Shown piece after piece: positions 20,759-30,660 of a DNA stretch of 64,000 nt. Under the pieces are notes generated by a model. The model worked only from the letters and a program-made list of their open reading frames with translations. It ran no database searches and had not been told where the DNA came from. The position numbers and the translations under genes are program-made. Origin of the DNA: Clostridia bacterium 41_269 (lineage in GTDB: Bacteria; Bacillota; DTU086). The stretch covers positions 4,354-68,353 of the forward strand of contig LGEZ01000002.1 of assembly GCA_001508005.1 (NCBI GenBank), read 5' to 3'. Position 1 is the first letter of the stretch. Each line of letters opens with the position of its first letter.

Positions 20759-22041
20759 GTATCTTGATAAAAAATGCAGCCATTTTGTCCCTTGATAATG
20801 AAGGGAAATTTAGTTGGCTTGAGGGAGATATTTTTATAAAAGGAGATATTATTGAAAAAATCGGAAGAAAATTGGATGTTAAAGCTGATGTAGTTATTGA
20901 TGGAAAAGATAAAGCTGCTATCCCCGGTTTTGTTAATGCCCATACCCATGCAGCTATGACCCTTTTTAGGGGTTATGCCGATGATTTGCCCCTCGATATC
21001 TGGCTTAATAAAAAAATATGGCCTGTAGAAGCTAAATTAACTCCTGAGGATGTTTACTGGGGTGTGAAACTTGCTATTTTAGAGATGATCAAGGGCGGCA
21101 TAACAGCCTATGGAGATATGTATTTTTTTATGGATGAAGAAGCGGAAGCTGTAAAGGAAGCTGGGATTAGAGCCAGTTTATCAGTGGGTCTTATTGCAGT
21201 ATCCGGTGATCCTTCTATAAAATTAAAAGAAGCCGAGGATTTTGTAGCTCGATGGAATGGAGAAGCTGAGGGCAGAATTACTGTGATGTTTGGTCCCCAC
21301 GCTCCATATACCTGCCCCCCGGATTTTTTGAAGGAAGTGGTGAGTGCTGCAGAACAGTACGGTGTTGGTATACATACCCATTTGGCTGAGACAAAAAAGG
21401 AAGTTGAAGATATGTATAAACTTTACGGTAAATCTCCTGTGAAAGTATATGAGGAAGCGGGCGTTTTAAATCTCCATGTGTTGGCTGCTCATTGCGTGCA
21501 TTTAACTTCTGATGATATAGAGATTCTTAAAAATAATGAAGTATTCGTTGTTCACAATCCCCAGAGCAATTTAAAGCTGGGAAGCGGCGTAGCTCCAGTT
21601 CCAGAAATGCTTAAAAAAGGCATTTCAGTTGCATTGGGAACTGATGGTGCAGCGAGTAATAATAATCTTGACATATTTGAGGAAATGCGTACTGCTGCTC
21701 TACTGCATAAAGGTATTAACTGTGATCCCACTTTGGTAACTGCATCAGAAGCCGTAAAAATGGCCACTCTATGGGGTGCAGAGGCTCTAGGACTTAAGAA
21801 TGTCGGCAGAATAGAGCCGGGGAAAAAGGCTGATATAGTGCTGCTGGACTTTAATGCTCCCCATCTGCAGCCTAAAATTGATAATCTTGCTCAAATTGTT
21901 TATTCTGCAGGGTCAGCTGATGTAAATACAGTTATAATTGATGGGAAAATTGTAATGAAAGATCGTGAAGTGCTGACCTTGGATGAAGAAAGAATTTTCA
22001 AAGAGGTGCAGAAAAGGGTAAAGCGGCTGATTTCTAATTAG
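20755..22041 (+). CDS. mtaD: MTA/SAH deaminase (amidohydrolase)
   Basis: PGFVNAHTH, GPHAPYTC, HLAET, LGTDGAASNN; context. Confidence 0.85.
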   Translation: MSILIKNAAILSLDNEGKFSWLEGDIFIKGDIIEKIGRKLDVKADVVIDGKDKAAIPGFVNAHTHAAMTLFRGYADDLPLDIWLNKKIWPVEAKLTPEDVYWGVKLAILEMIKGGITAYGDMYFFMDEEAEAVKEAGIRASLSVGLIAVSGDPSIKLKEAEDFVARWNGEAEGRITVMFGPHAPYTCPPDFLKEVVSAAEQYGVGIHTHLAETKKEVEDMYKLYGKSPVKVYEEAGVLNLHVLAAHCVHLTSDDIEILKNNEVFVVHNPQSNLKLGSGVAPVPEMLKKGISVALGTDGAASNNNLDIFEEMRTAALLHKGINCDPTLVTASEAVKMATLWGAEALGLKNVGRIEPGKKADIVLLDFNAPHLQPKIDNLAQIVYSAGSADVNTVIIDGKIVMKDREVLTLDEERIFKEVQKRVKRLISN

Positions 22042-22043
22042 AC

Positions 22044-22072
22044 TTGACACCGGCTTATATTTGCAATACAAT
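22044..22072 (+). promoter_or_regulatory. Sigma-A promoter for ylxM-ffh
   Basis: TTGACA-N17-TACAAT. Confidence 0.75.
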
Positions 22073-22108
22073 ACTAAGGCGTTAAGTAAATAGGTTTAAC
22101 AGTGGTGA

Positions 22109-22474
22109 ATGCTTGTGCTGGAAAAGACTGATAGGATAAATATTCTTTTTGATATTTATGGATGTCTTTTGACGGAACGTCAGAGAGAACTGATTATGAT
22201 GTATTATTTTGAAGATTTGTCCCTCGCAGAAATAGCAGAAGAATTGGGTATCAGCAGACAGGCAGTTTTTTTTGGACTTAAGCGTTCTGAAGAATTATTG
22301 GAGAAGTATGAAAGCAGCTTGGGTCTGCTTAAGAAATTAAACAATTACGAAGAACAGATAAATAGAGTGATAGACCTGTTAAAGGATTATCGTGCCACTG
22401 GTGAAGAGGATAAGTTAAACAGTGCCATTGTTTCCCTTGAAAAAATATCTAATTATTGGCAGTTTATAAATTAA
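22109..22474 (+). CDS. ylxM: SRP-associated protein YlxM
   Basis: LFDIYG.LLTERQ...EDLSLAEIAE..GISRQAV; before ffh. Confidence 0.92.
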   Translation: MLVLEKTDRINILFDIYGCLLTERQRELIMMYYFEDLSLAEIAEELGISRQAVFFGLKRSEELLEKYESSLGLLKKLNNYEEQINRVIDLLKDYRATGEEDKLNSAIVSLEKISNYWQFIN

Positions 22475-22523
22475 ATATTAACGGGCTCTGCAGGTAATCC
22501 CTTTTTAACGAGGAGGAAATTTA

Positions 22524-23876
22524 ATGCCGATTTTATCAAATCTTTCTGAAAAAATACAGCAGGTTTTTAAAAAGCTTAAGGGCAAAGGGAAATTAACAGA
22601 AAAGGATATTGAAGCAGCATTAAGGGAAATAAGGCTTGCTCTATTGGAAGCAGATGTTAACTATAAAGTTGTTAAAGAGTTTATCAGTAAGATCAAAAAT
22701 AAGGCAATGGGGCATGAGGTTTTAGAAAGTTTAACCCCTGCCCAACAGGTAATAAAAATTGTAAATGATGAATTAACTGAACTGATGGGCGGCAGCCAGA
22801 GCAAAATAGAGCTGGCGGATTCTCCCCCCACTGTAATAATGCTGGTGGGTCTTCAGGGTTCTGGTAAAACAACAACTGCAGGAAAGCTTGCCCTACACAT
22901 GAAAAAATCAGGGTACAGGCCTATACTGGTTGCTGCTGACGTTTACCGTCCAGCTGCGGTAAAACAGCTTCATGTAGTTGGAGAAAAGAGTGGTGTACCA
23001 GTATTTGATATGGGAACTGAGGTAAGTCCTGTGGAAATTGCCCAAAAAGGAATAAAACATGCAAAAGCGTCGGGTTTTGATATTGTTTTAATTGATACTG
23101 CTGGAAGACTTCATATAGATAAAGAATTAATGGATGAGCTGGTAAGGATCAAGGATGCTGTTTTGCCAAATGAAATACTATTGGTAGTTGATGCCATGAC
23201 GGGACAAGATGCTGTAAATGTTGCTGAGGCTTTTTATAGAGAACTTAACATTACCGGTGTAATACTTTCAAAATTAGATGGTGATGCTCGGGGTGGGGCT
23301 GCTCTGTCCGTGAAAGCTGTTACGGGCTGTCCCATAAAATACGTAGGGGTTGGAGAAAAACTTGATGCTCTGGAGCCTTTTCATCCTGAAAGAATGGCCT
23401 CAAGAATTTTGGGTATGGGGGATGTTTTAACCCTTATAGAAAAAGCCCAGCAGGCTTTTGATCAGGATAAGGCGAAAGAATTGGAAAGAAAAATAAAACA
23501 GCGTTCCTTTGATTTAGAAGATTTTTTAGAACAGCTGAAAGAGTTTAGGAATATGGGCCCCTTGGAAGAGATATTTGAAATGATACCAGGGATGAATAAA
23601 TTTAAAAATCTTCAGCTTGATGAAAAGGAGCTAATAAAAGCTGAAGCTATAATACAATCAATGACAAAAGAAGAGCGAGCAAACCCCGAAATAATAAATT
23701 CCAGCCGAAAAAGAAGAATAGCTATGGGGAGCGGGACAACTGTACAGGATGTTAACAGGCTCCTTAAACAGTTTTCCCAAGTCCAAATGATGATAAATAG
23801 AATGGGTGCTTTTTCAGGAAAGAAAAAAGGAAGAAAAATGAAACTGCCCAATTGGGGTTTTCCACCCTTTATTTAA
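22524..23876 (+). CDS. ffh: Signal recognition particle protein
   Basis: [23 protein letters not shown] domain SRKRRIA.GSG. Confidence 0.98.
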   Translation: MPILSNLSEKIQQVFKKLKGKGKLTEKDIEAALREIRLALLEADVNYKVVKEFISKIKNKAMGHEVLESLTPAQQVIKIVNDELTELMGGSQSKIELADSPPTVIMLVGLQGSGKTTTAGKLALHMKKSGYRPILVAADVYRPAAVKQLHVVGEKSGVPVFDMGTEVSPVEIAQKGIKHAKASGFDIVLIDTAGRLHIDKELMDELVRIKDAVLPNEILLVVDAMTGQDAVNVAEAFYRELNITGVILSKLDGDARGGAALSVKAVTGCPIKYVGVGEKLDALEPFHPERMASRILGMGDVLTLIEKAQQAFDQDKAKELERKIKQRSFDLEDFLEQLKEFRNMGPLEEIFEMIPGMNKFKNLQLDEKELIKAEAIIQSMTKEERANPEIINSSRKRRIAMGSGTTVQDVNRLLKQFSQVQMMINRMGAFSGKKKGRKMKLPNWGFPPFI

Positions 23877-23912
23877 TAAATTTTAATGATTAAATTACAG
23901 GAGGTGAAAAAA

Positions 23913-24185
23913 TTGGCAACCAAAATCAGATTAAAAAGAATGGGCAGCAAAAAAAGGCCTTATTATCGCATTGTAGTGGCTGACAGCCGTTCTCCACGGG
24001 ATGGCAAGTTTATTGAGCAGATAGGCTCATATGATCCCATACACGGGCTGGAAAAAACAAAGATTGATGAGGAAAAAGCGATTGAATGGCTGAAAAAAGG
24101 TGCCCAGCCTACGGATACTGTAAAAAGTTTGTTTGAGAAGATGGGTATTTGGGAAAAGATTAAGGAGCAGAAAGAAGCTCAGTAA
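23913..24185 (+). CDS. rpsP: 30S ribosomal protein S16
   Basis: [22 protein letters not shown]; TTG start behind GGAGG. Confidence 0.98.
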   Translation: MATKIRLKRMGSKKRPYYRIVVADSRSPRDGKFIEQIGSYDPIHGLEKTKIDEEKAIEWLKKGAQPTDTVKSLFEKMGIWEKIKEQKEAQ

Positions 24186-24215
24186 CTCCCTTTGGAAGGT
24201 AGAGGAGGTAAAGCT

Positions 24216-24446
24216 ATGAAAGAACTGGTTGAGACCTTAGCCCGTGCACTGGTGGATAATCCAGATAAGGTTGTGGTAAATGAAGTGGAGGGAGAAAAGT
24301 CTGTTATTTTAGAGCTTAAGGTGGCAGACGAAGATATGGGTAAGGTTATTGGTAAGCAGGGAAGGATAGCAAAAGCAATTAGGACGCTGGTAAGAGCTGC
24401 TGCTGCTAGGGAAGGCAAAAGGGTGGTTGTCGAAATACTACAGTAA
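24216..24446 (+). CDS. khpA: KH-domain RNA-binding protein
   Basis: [18 protein letters not shown]. Confidence 0.95.
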   Translation: MKELVETLARALVDNPDKVVVNEVEGEKSVILELKVADEDMGKVIGKQGRIAKAIRTLVRAAAAREGKRVVVEILQ

Positions 24447-24462
24447 TGCCAGGGGTGATTCT

Positions 24463-24996
24463 GTGAATCCCAAAAAAGTGATCCCGGAAAAAATAGCAGT
24501 TGCAAAAGTAATAAACACCCATGGCATTAAAGGGGAAGTTAAGGCAGTACCCCTTTCTGACTTTAAAGATAGATATCAGCAGCTGAAGGAGGTTTTTATT
24601 AAGGAAAAAAACGAATACAGCCCTTTGAATTTGGAGAAAGTCCGGTGGCATAAGGGAAACTTGCTTTTGAAATTTAAAGAAATAAGCAGTATTAATGAAG
24701 CTGAACTTTTAAAAGGAAATTATATATTTATTAACCGCAGTGATGCTGTGGAGCTTCCTAAAGATACTTATTACATTTTTGAAATAGTGGGATTGGAAGT
24801 ATATGATGCAGAAAATAATGTTAAACTTGGAATAGTAACTGAAGTTCTTCAAACAGGAGCTAATGATGTGTACATTATAAAAGATTCTTCTGGCAGAGAA
24901 CTTCTTGTACCGGCATTAAAAAAAGTGGTTGTGAAAGTTGATTTGGAAAAGAATAGAATGCTGGTTAAGCTGCCGGAAGGTTTGCTGGATCAATGA
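24463..24996 (+). CDS. rimM: Ribosome maturation factor
   Basis: [16 protein letters not shown]; synteny. Confidence 0.95.
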   Translation: MNPKKVIPEKIAVAKVINTHGIKGEVKAVPLSDFKDRYQQLKEVFIKEKNEYSPLNLEKVRWHKGNLLLKFKEISSINEAELLKGNYIFINRSDAVELPKDTYYIFEIVGLEVYDAENNVKLGIVTEVLQTGANDVYIIKDSSGRELLVPALKKVVVKVDLEKNRMLVKLPEGLLDQ

Positions 24997-25010
24997 TGAG
25001 GGAGAATATT

Positions 25011-25754
25011 ATGCAGATAGATATCATAACTCTTTTTCCCGAGATGTTTGAGAATTTTTTAAAAACGAGTATTTTAAAACGAGCTCAGGATGAAAATAAA
25101 GTAAAAGTTAGAACAGTTAATCTGCGTGATTATTCCACGGATAAGCATAGATCCGTTGATGAGCCGCCATATGGTGGGGGCGGAGGAATGGTAATTGGTC
25201 CCCAACCGTTTTTTCATGCAGTGGATGCTTTAAAACAAGATGGGAGTAAAGTTGTGCTGCTTTCACCCCAGGGGAGGTTGTTTACCCAGCGAGTTGCGGA
25301 AGAATTGGCTCAGATGAATCACATAATCCTACTCTGCGGCCATTATGAAGGAATTGACGAGAGGGTTAGACAAAATTTAGCCAATGATGATATATCCATT
25401 GGAGATTATGTTCTGACCGGGGGTGAAACAGCGGCAATGGTGGTAGTTGATGCTGTGGTAAGATTAATCCCCGGTGTTCTTGGCAATGAACTTTCAGCTA
25501 GTGAAGAATCATTTAGTATGGGGCTTCTTGAATACCCTCAATATACAAGGCCGAGGGAGTACAGCGGTTTAAAGGTACCTGAAGTTTTGTTATCTGGTAA
25601 TCATGAGAAAATAAGGCGTTGGAGGAGAAAAGAGGCCTTACGAAGGACTTTAAAGTTAAGAGCTGATTTGTTTGAGAGTTTTAGTTTTACAGAAGAGGAT
25701 CTGGCACTTATTAGGGAAGTGGTAAAAGAAGAACTGGAATCTTTAAAATATTGA
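25011..25754 (+). CDS. trmD: tRNA (guanine37-N1) methyltransferase
   Basis: [29 protein letters not shown]. Confidence 0.97.
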   Translation: MQIDIITLFPEMFENFLKTSILKRAQDENKVKVRTVNLRDYSTDKHRSVDEPPYGGGGGMVIGPQPFFHAVDALKQDGSKVVLLSPQGRLFTQRVAEELAQMNHIILLCGHYEGIDERVRQNLANDDISIGDYVLTGGETAAMVVVDAVVRLIPGVLGNELSASEESFSMGLLEYPQYTRPREYSGLKVPEVLLSGNHEKIRRWRRKEALRRTLKLRADLFESFSFTEEDLALIREVVKEELESLKY

Positions 25755-25774
25755 TCTGAAGGGAGGTACTTGTT

Positions 25775-26116
25775 GTGGATCTGATAAAAATAGTTGAACA
25801 GGAATATATGAAAAAGGAAATTCCTGATTTTCGTGTAGGGGATACTGTTAGAGTTGATTTCAAAGTTATAGAAGGAAATAGAGAGAGAATACAGCCCTTT
25901 GAAGGGATAGTAATTAAAAGGCAGGGAAGTGGTGTTAGGGAAACATTTACCGTTAGAAGGATTTCCTATGGTGTTGCTGTGGAAAGAACCTTTCCCCTTC
26001 ATTCCCCATGTGTTGCTGATATAAAAGTAATTAGAAGGGGTAAAGTAAGAAGAGCCAAGCTTTATTATCTGCGGCAGCGTACAGGAAAAGCTGCGAAGGT
26101 AAAAAGCCTAACCTAA
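25775..26116 (+). CDS. rplS: 50S ribosomal protein L19
   Basis: [34 protein letters not shown]. Confidence 0.98.
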   Translation: MDLIKIVEQEYMKKEIPDFRVGDTVRVDFKVIEGNRERIQPFEGIVIKRQGSGVRETFTVRRISYGVAVERTFPLHSPCVADIKVIRRGKVRRAKLYYLRQRTGKAAKVKSLT

Positions 26117-26145
26117 GCCAGGTAAAACCTGGCTTTTTTGTTTTT
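26115..26145 (+). terminator. Terminator after rplS
   Basis: AAGCCAGG/CCTGGCTT plus T-run. Confidence 0.8.
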
Positions 26146-26219
26146 CTTATATAGGAATTTATAATTTTGATGTTGAAGTTTTTTTAAAAACGTATAAAAA
26201 AACGGAGGAGATTATCTGC

Positions 26220-26864
26220 TTGCTTGAGTATGAAAGGGCGCTCTGGAATAAAGGATATACGCTGATAGCAGGAATAGATGAGGCTGGCCGAGGCTCTCTT
26301 GCTGGGTCAGTTGTGGCTGCTGCAGTCATTTTACCTGTGGGGCTTATTATTGATGGAATTAAAGATTCAAAAGAGCTGTCTCCTAAGCAGAGGGAAGAAC
26401 TTTATTTACAAATACTGAATAAAAGCATTGCAGTGGCTGTGGGTGTGGTTAACGAAAGAGAAATTGAAAAAATTAATATAAAACAGGCTTCAAGATTAGC
26501 TATGAAAAAAGCTGTAAATTCCCTTCGAATTTATCCTCAGTATCTGCTTATTGATGCTGAGGTCATTGACTTAAACCTTCCTCAGCTCAAGATAGTTAAA
26601 GGGGATAAGTTAAGTCAAAGCATAGCCGCTGCTTCAATTGTGGCAAAGGTCACACGGGATAGAATGTGCTGTCAATGGGATTCTATGTATCCTCAGTATG
26701 GATTCAAAAGACATAAAGGCTACTGCACAAAAGAACACTGTCAAGCTTTACGAGTTTATGGTGCTTCGCCGCTGCACAGAAAAAATTTTGTAAAAAATGT
26801 TTTGCAGCAAGGACAGGAAAGGTTTGAACAGATTAGCTTATTTTTTGGAGTGAATAAAAAATGA
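26220..26864 (+). CDS. rnhB: Ribonuclease HII
   Basis: GIDEAGRG, DSK, KGD, SIAAASIVAKV.RD. Confidence 0.96.
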   Translation: MLEYERALWNKGYTLIAGIDEAGRGSLAGSVVAAAVILPVGLIIDGIKDSKELSPKQREELYLQILNKSIAVAVGVVNEREIEKINIKQASRLAMKKAVNSLRIYPQYLLIDAEVIDLNLPQLKIVKGDKLSQSIAAASIVAKVTRDRMCCQWDSMYPQYGFKRHKGYCTKEHCQALRVYGASPLHRKNFVKNVLQQGQERFEQISLFFGVNKK

Positions 26865-27223
26865 GAGAAGGTAAAAAGAAATTAGGCGAAATCGGAGAGA
26901 AAGCTGTGGCTAATTTTCTGAAAAGTAAAGGATATAAAGTTATTGAAAATAATTACCGAACGAGATATGGTGAAATAGATATTATTGCTTTGAAGGATGG
27001 TATTTTAGCTTTCGTAGAGGTTAAGACAAGAACAACCCCAAAATGCGGAATACCAGAGGAAGCGGTGGATTACAGAAAACAGAAGAAAATCCGCGGTATG
27101 GCAGTGGAGTTTTTAGCCAATTCAAAAATTTGCTATAAAGCTCTTCGTTTTGATGTGGCAGCTGTAAAAGCTTCTAAAGACGGTTCTATTGAAAATATAA
27201 AAATTTACGAAGGGGCTTTTTGA
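26861..27223 (+). CDS. YraN/UPF0102 family nuclease
   Basis: GEIDIIA, FVEVKTR, RFDV. Confidence 0.92.
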   Translation: MREGKKKLGEIGEKAVANFLKSKGYKVIENNYRTRYGEIDIIALKDGILAFVEVKTRTTPKCGIPEEAVDYRKQKKIRGMAVEFLANSKICYKALRFDVAAVKASKDGSIENIKIYEGAF

Positions 27224-27238
27224 TGCAAAAGCCCCTTT
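27210..27238. terminator. Bidirectional terminator hairpin overlapping the YraN stop
   Basis: AAGGGGCTTTT/AAAAGCCCCTT between convergent genes. Confidence 0.65.
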
Positions 27239-27263
27239 AAAATTTTAAAGCAGCTTGAACTAA

Positions 27264-28574
27264 TTAAACTAAGGAATTTATTACCAATCCCGTAATTAAT
27301 TTGGGATAAAAGTATGTAGATTTTTGAGGCATTTTTTCGCCGCTTTTAGCAACGGCAATAACTTCATCTATTTTGGTTGGATTGACTAAAAGTGCGGCCT
27401 GACAGATGCCTCTCTGCACATCCAGTATTGCTTCAACTTCATCCCGAACATACTTTAAAAAGTTTCCTTCCTTCCTTTCTTTTTCTCCTATACCTAATAA
27501 TTTTTCCAGAATCATTTTTTGAAGTACTGTTACATCGAGAGAATTCCATGCTTGGGATTTGCTGGGATCAGCCGGCTGTTCATTGCTTTTATGAATATTT
27601 ATAAAGTGAACATATTTTCCTCCAAGGTATATCCCAAATCTATGAAATTGATCACTGTTTGCTGCCAATGCTTTTCTTATTTTTTCCGCTGCTGCTGGTA
27701 AAGTGTTTTCATTATCAAGTTCATCAAAAAGTATAGATTCTGTTTCGTAATGCTTTTTTAAACTGTTCAAAAATTTATCCGTTTCAAATTCTTTTAGGTT
27801 TTTTAAAAGTCTGTGGGTTGGGAAAATAACAAGGCCTGAATCATAAATATTTACAAGGGTCATCATCACGTAGCCCGCATTTTCTGTATTCATTTCTCTG
27901 CTGAATTGGAGAGCTGTTTCATATCTATGATGACCATCTGCGATGAAGATTTGTTTATCCTTTAAAAGGGATTGGAATTTTTGTGTTATACCAGAATCGC
28001 TAATTGCCCATATTTTATGACTCTGCCCGTTTTCATCAATAAATTCAATATCAGGTTGAATGGTATTTAGCTTCTGAAAAATTTCTTCTTCATTCTTTTC
28101 TTTATCAATGTAAAGCCCAAAAATAGGGCTGAAATTTGCACGGCATTGGCGCATTAGGTTTAAACGATCTTCTTTTGCTTTGGGAAGGGTTTCCTCATGG
28201 GGAAGAATTATATTTTTGCTGTATTCTTCTAACTTAACTGCACAAAAAAAACCTCTTCTTTTGTACTGCCTACCTCCACAACTGAATCCCTGTTCATAAA
28301 AATATATAGAAGGTTCTTTATCTCTTATTAAAATATCTTCTTCCAACCATCTATCGTAAAATTCTTTGGCTCGCGTGTACCGATTGTTTTCTGGTGTATC
28401 AGTGGGACTGGTTTTTCCTAACTCAAGCCTAATTATGTTATAGGGATGCCGGTTATAATATTTTTCTTGAGCTTGTTCATCTATTACATCATAGGGCGGA
28501 GTTACTACATCTTCTAAATTTTTTATTTTTTTAGTATTGTACCTAATGCCTTTAAAAGGTTTTATTTCTGCCAT
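27264..28574 (-). CDS. DUF1015 family protein
   Basis: PPYDVI, PHEET, IADGHHRYETA, MPQKSTYFYPK. Confidence 0.92.
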   Translation of the reverse strand: MAEIKPFKGIRYNTKKIKNLEDVVTPPYDVIDEQAQEKYYNRHPYNIIRLELGKTSPTDTPENNRYTRAKEFYDRWLEEDILIRDKEPSIYFYEQGFSCGGRQYKRRGFFCAVKLEEYSKNIILPHEETLPKAKEDRLNLMRQCRANFSPIFGLYIDKEKNEEEIFQKLNTIQPDIEFIDENGQSHKIWAISDSGITQKFQSLLKDKQIFIADGHHRYETALQFSREMNTENAGYVMMTLVNIYDSGLVIFPTHRLLKNLKEFETDKFLNSLKKHYETESILFDELDNENTLPAAAEKIRKALAANSDQFHRFGIYLGGKYVHFINIHKSNEQPADPSKSQAWNSLDVTVLQKMILEKLLGIGEKERKEGNFLKYVRDEVEAILDVQRGICQAALLVNPTKIDEVIAVAKSGEKMPQKSTYFYPKLITGLVINSLV

Positions 28575-28823
28575 AAGACAAATCCCCCAATTTTTTTCTC
28601 AAATTGTACACTACAATTTAGGGCTTTTCAAGATAGAAACAGTAATCAGGTTTATCTAAAAGTCCAAAAACAAACAGCGAAATCAAAAATCAATCTGACA
28701 TGTATAAAATTGGAGAATCTAGAAGGAAAAAAATTAATTTTTGTCTAATTCTGGCTATCATCAGAATTTTTATTGTTTTAATTTTACAAAAAATGTTTTT
28801 ATAAATGTTTGAAAAATTTTAAC

Positions 28824-28908
28824 GCGATAAAGGCTAACCATCCGAAAGGGTGGGCGCAAAGCCATGGGTCTAAAGCCCTTAAATGGGTATGACTGCCAGG
28901 CTGCCGTT
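28824..28908 (+). promoter_or_regulatory. c-di-GMP-I (GEMM-I) riboswitch aptamer
   Basis: GGCUAACCAUCC-GAAA-GGGUGGGCGCAAAGCCAUGGGUCUAAAG...UAUGACUGCCAGGCUGCCG matches the GEMM-I pattern (GNRA loop, receptor, GCAAAG); G20- and C92-equivalents present. Confidence 0.93.
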
Positions 28909-28961
28909 GGGTAAGGCTTTCTTAGCGTTTTATTCGTTATATTGGTTTTTTATCTTTTTAC

Positions 28962-28993
28962 GCGGCAGCTAGGCAGCTGCTTAAATTATTTTA
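28962..28993 (+). terminator. Riboswitch expression-platform hairpin
   Basis: GCAGCT-AGGC-AGCTGC followed by TTAAATTATTTT (weak U-tract); alternative pairing with the aptamer 3' strand. Confidence 0.6.
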
Positions 28994-29055
28994 TACGGCA
29001 TTTTCAGTATTTATGATGTCGAATAGAACAGTGGTAATGTGAAAGGTGGTGAAAA

Positions 29056-30294
29056 ATGAACAGGTGTCAAGAATGTGCTCAGAAGGAACCTGAACAAAAG
29101 TGTTGGGAATGCGATTATTTTGTTCAACCTGGTCCCCTTCGTAAAGTTCCTTCTCCTCCAATAAAAGTATTTTTGGAAGACGAAAAAGGCAAAAAATATC
29201 CAGCCAAAATTTTGGTTTTGAATACTACTGAGTTTGGAATTGAGACAGAGGCCCCTCCTGCTGGGCGGTATATAATTAAACTTCAAGGCCACTTGTGGGT
29301 AGAAGTAGCAGGGGTTCCTTTAAAAGGGAAAAATAAAGTTCACATTTTTGATATTCTTCGTGTTCATAGGAAACAGAATGATTCTACACGTCTTAATAAA
29401 GAAGAATTTCATCTGCTTACTGGAAGTGCAGGAGAACTAATACAGGAATTTTCCCGTTATTTACCAGAGCATATACGGAATCCATTAAAAGAAAAGCTGT
29501 TGGCCGAAGTAGAAAAGTCTGAATTATTAAATGCTTTGAAAGTAGGAAGGGTAATGAAATATGAGAAAGGTCGTTTTCGCCACCTTTCTGGTAAGAATGA
29601 TTTGGACATGCCTATGGAAGAAGCTGAAAAGCTTATGAGAAGGGCTCTTCGTGAGGCAGCTTACAGAAGAGAAGTAATAGTTAGTGCCGATGGAAAGAAA
29701 GTTTTTGACTTACACGGTGTTCCTTTTGATTATAAAAGTGGTGGACTGTTGGCCTTTGATGTTACAGAAGTGATTGAGAAAGAGAGAAAGATGTATCAGC
29801 AGGAATTGCAGGCCTATAGAGATGCCATATCAGCAGTAACTGGGGAGAGACTGCAGCTTTTAAGCAAGGATATGATAGAAAAAGTAATAGCTGAGGGTTC
29901 AGAGCTGATTAGAGGAGAAGTTTGGCAGGCCCATGATATCCCAGAAGCTCGTCGAAGAGTTCGTGAAATTTTGCCAAATCTTGATAATCATAAGCGTCAT
30001 ATGATTGAGCTTTGTTTATCTGAGGCAATAACCAATGCTTTAAAACATGCAGGAGGAGGCTACTGGCATCTTAGGCGGTTGAAGGAGATTTTAAGAGTTA
30101 TTGTTCAAGATAACGGATCTGGTATTAAAACAAGTGAATTAGCTCGAGCAACATTAATGCAGCATTATTCAACAAAAAATTCATTAGGTTGTGGGTTTAC
30201 CTTAATGCTTTACTATGCAGACAAAATATACCTAGCTACTGGGACTTCTGGAACTACATTGGTATTGGATTTTAATCTTTCCTCGGATTGCTAA
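29056..30294 (+). CDS. Multi-domain RsbW/SpoIIAB-type Ser kinase (Cys4 tip, possible PilZ-like and PAS-like regions, HATPase_c)
   Basis: SEAITNALKHA N-box, VQDNGSGI G1, SLGCGF G2; N-terminal CQEC...CWEC; AFDVTE motif. Confidence 0.8.
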   Translation: MNRCQECAQKEPEQKCWECDYFVQPGPLRKVPSPPIKVFLEDEKGKKYPAKILVLNTTEFGIETEAPPAGRYIIKLQGHLWVEVAGVPLKGKNKVHIFDILRVHRKQNDSTRLNKEEFHLLTGSAGELIQEFSRYLPEHIRNPLKEKLLAEVEKSELLNALKVGRVMKYEKGRFRHLSGKNDLDMPMEEAEKLMRRALREAAYRREVIVSADGKKVFDLHGVPFDYKSGGLLAFDVTEVIEKERKMYQQELQAYRDAISAVTGERLQLLSKDMIEKVIAEGSELIRGEVWQAHDIPEARRRVREILPNLDNHKRHMIELCLSEAITNALKHAGGGYWHLRRLKEILRVIVQDNGSGIKTSELARATLMQHYSTKNSLGCGFTLMLYYADKIYLATGTSGTTLVLDFNLSSDC

Positions 30295-30335
30295 AATGAA
30301 TAAAATGAATAAATGTTCAAAGAAGGTGAGGAAAA

Positions 30336-30638
30336 ATGCTTAAATTGGATATGTGCACCGTTGAGGGAAGATGCTGTGTCGCTTTAACCGGTGAGCTGGA
30401 TTTAGAAACAGCAGCACAGTTGAAGAAAGTGGTTGAAAAAGCAGATGGAGAAATACTTGAAATTGATTTATCTCAGGTTTCTTTTGTGGATTCTACGGGT
30501 TTAAAATGTTTATTAGACATTAATAATCTATGGAATCAACGTGGTGGCAGAATTATTATACTAAACCCCAAACCTGAAGTTGCAGAGGTAATGGAGCTCA
30601 TAGGTCTTAATAAACTGCTAGATATGAGTAATAAGTAG
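30336..30638 (+). CDS. STAS anti-sigma antagonist (RsbV/SpoIIAA-like)
   Basis: GELD, DLSQVSFVDSTGL with phospho-acceptor Ser. Confidence 0.92.
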   Translation: MLKLDMCTVEGRCCVALTGELDLETAAQLKKVVEKADGEILEIDLSQVSFVDSTGLKCLLDINNLWNQRGGRIIILNPKPEVAEVMELIGLNKLLDMSNK

Positions 30639-30660
30639 GAAAGAAAAAGCGGGTGAGATA

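Noticed and set aside
28824-28908. c-AMP-GMP-sensing GEMM-Ib variant
   Set aside because: The position equivalent to Vc2 G20 is G (28832), not A, consistent with c-di-GMP
30293-30315. TAAAATGAA tandem repeat / possible CRISPR-like array
   Set aside because: Only about 2.5 copies of an AT-rich 9-mer without spacers; I saw no repeat-spacer array anywhere in the window
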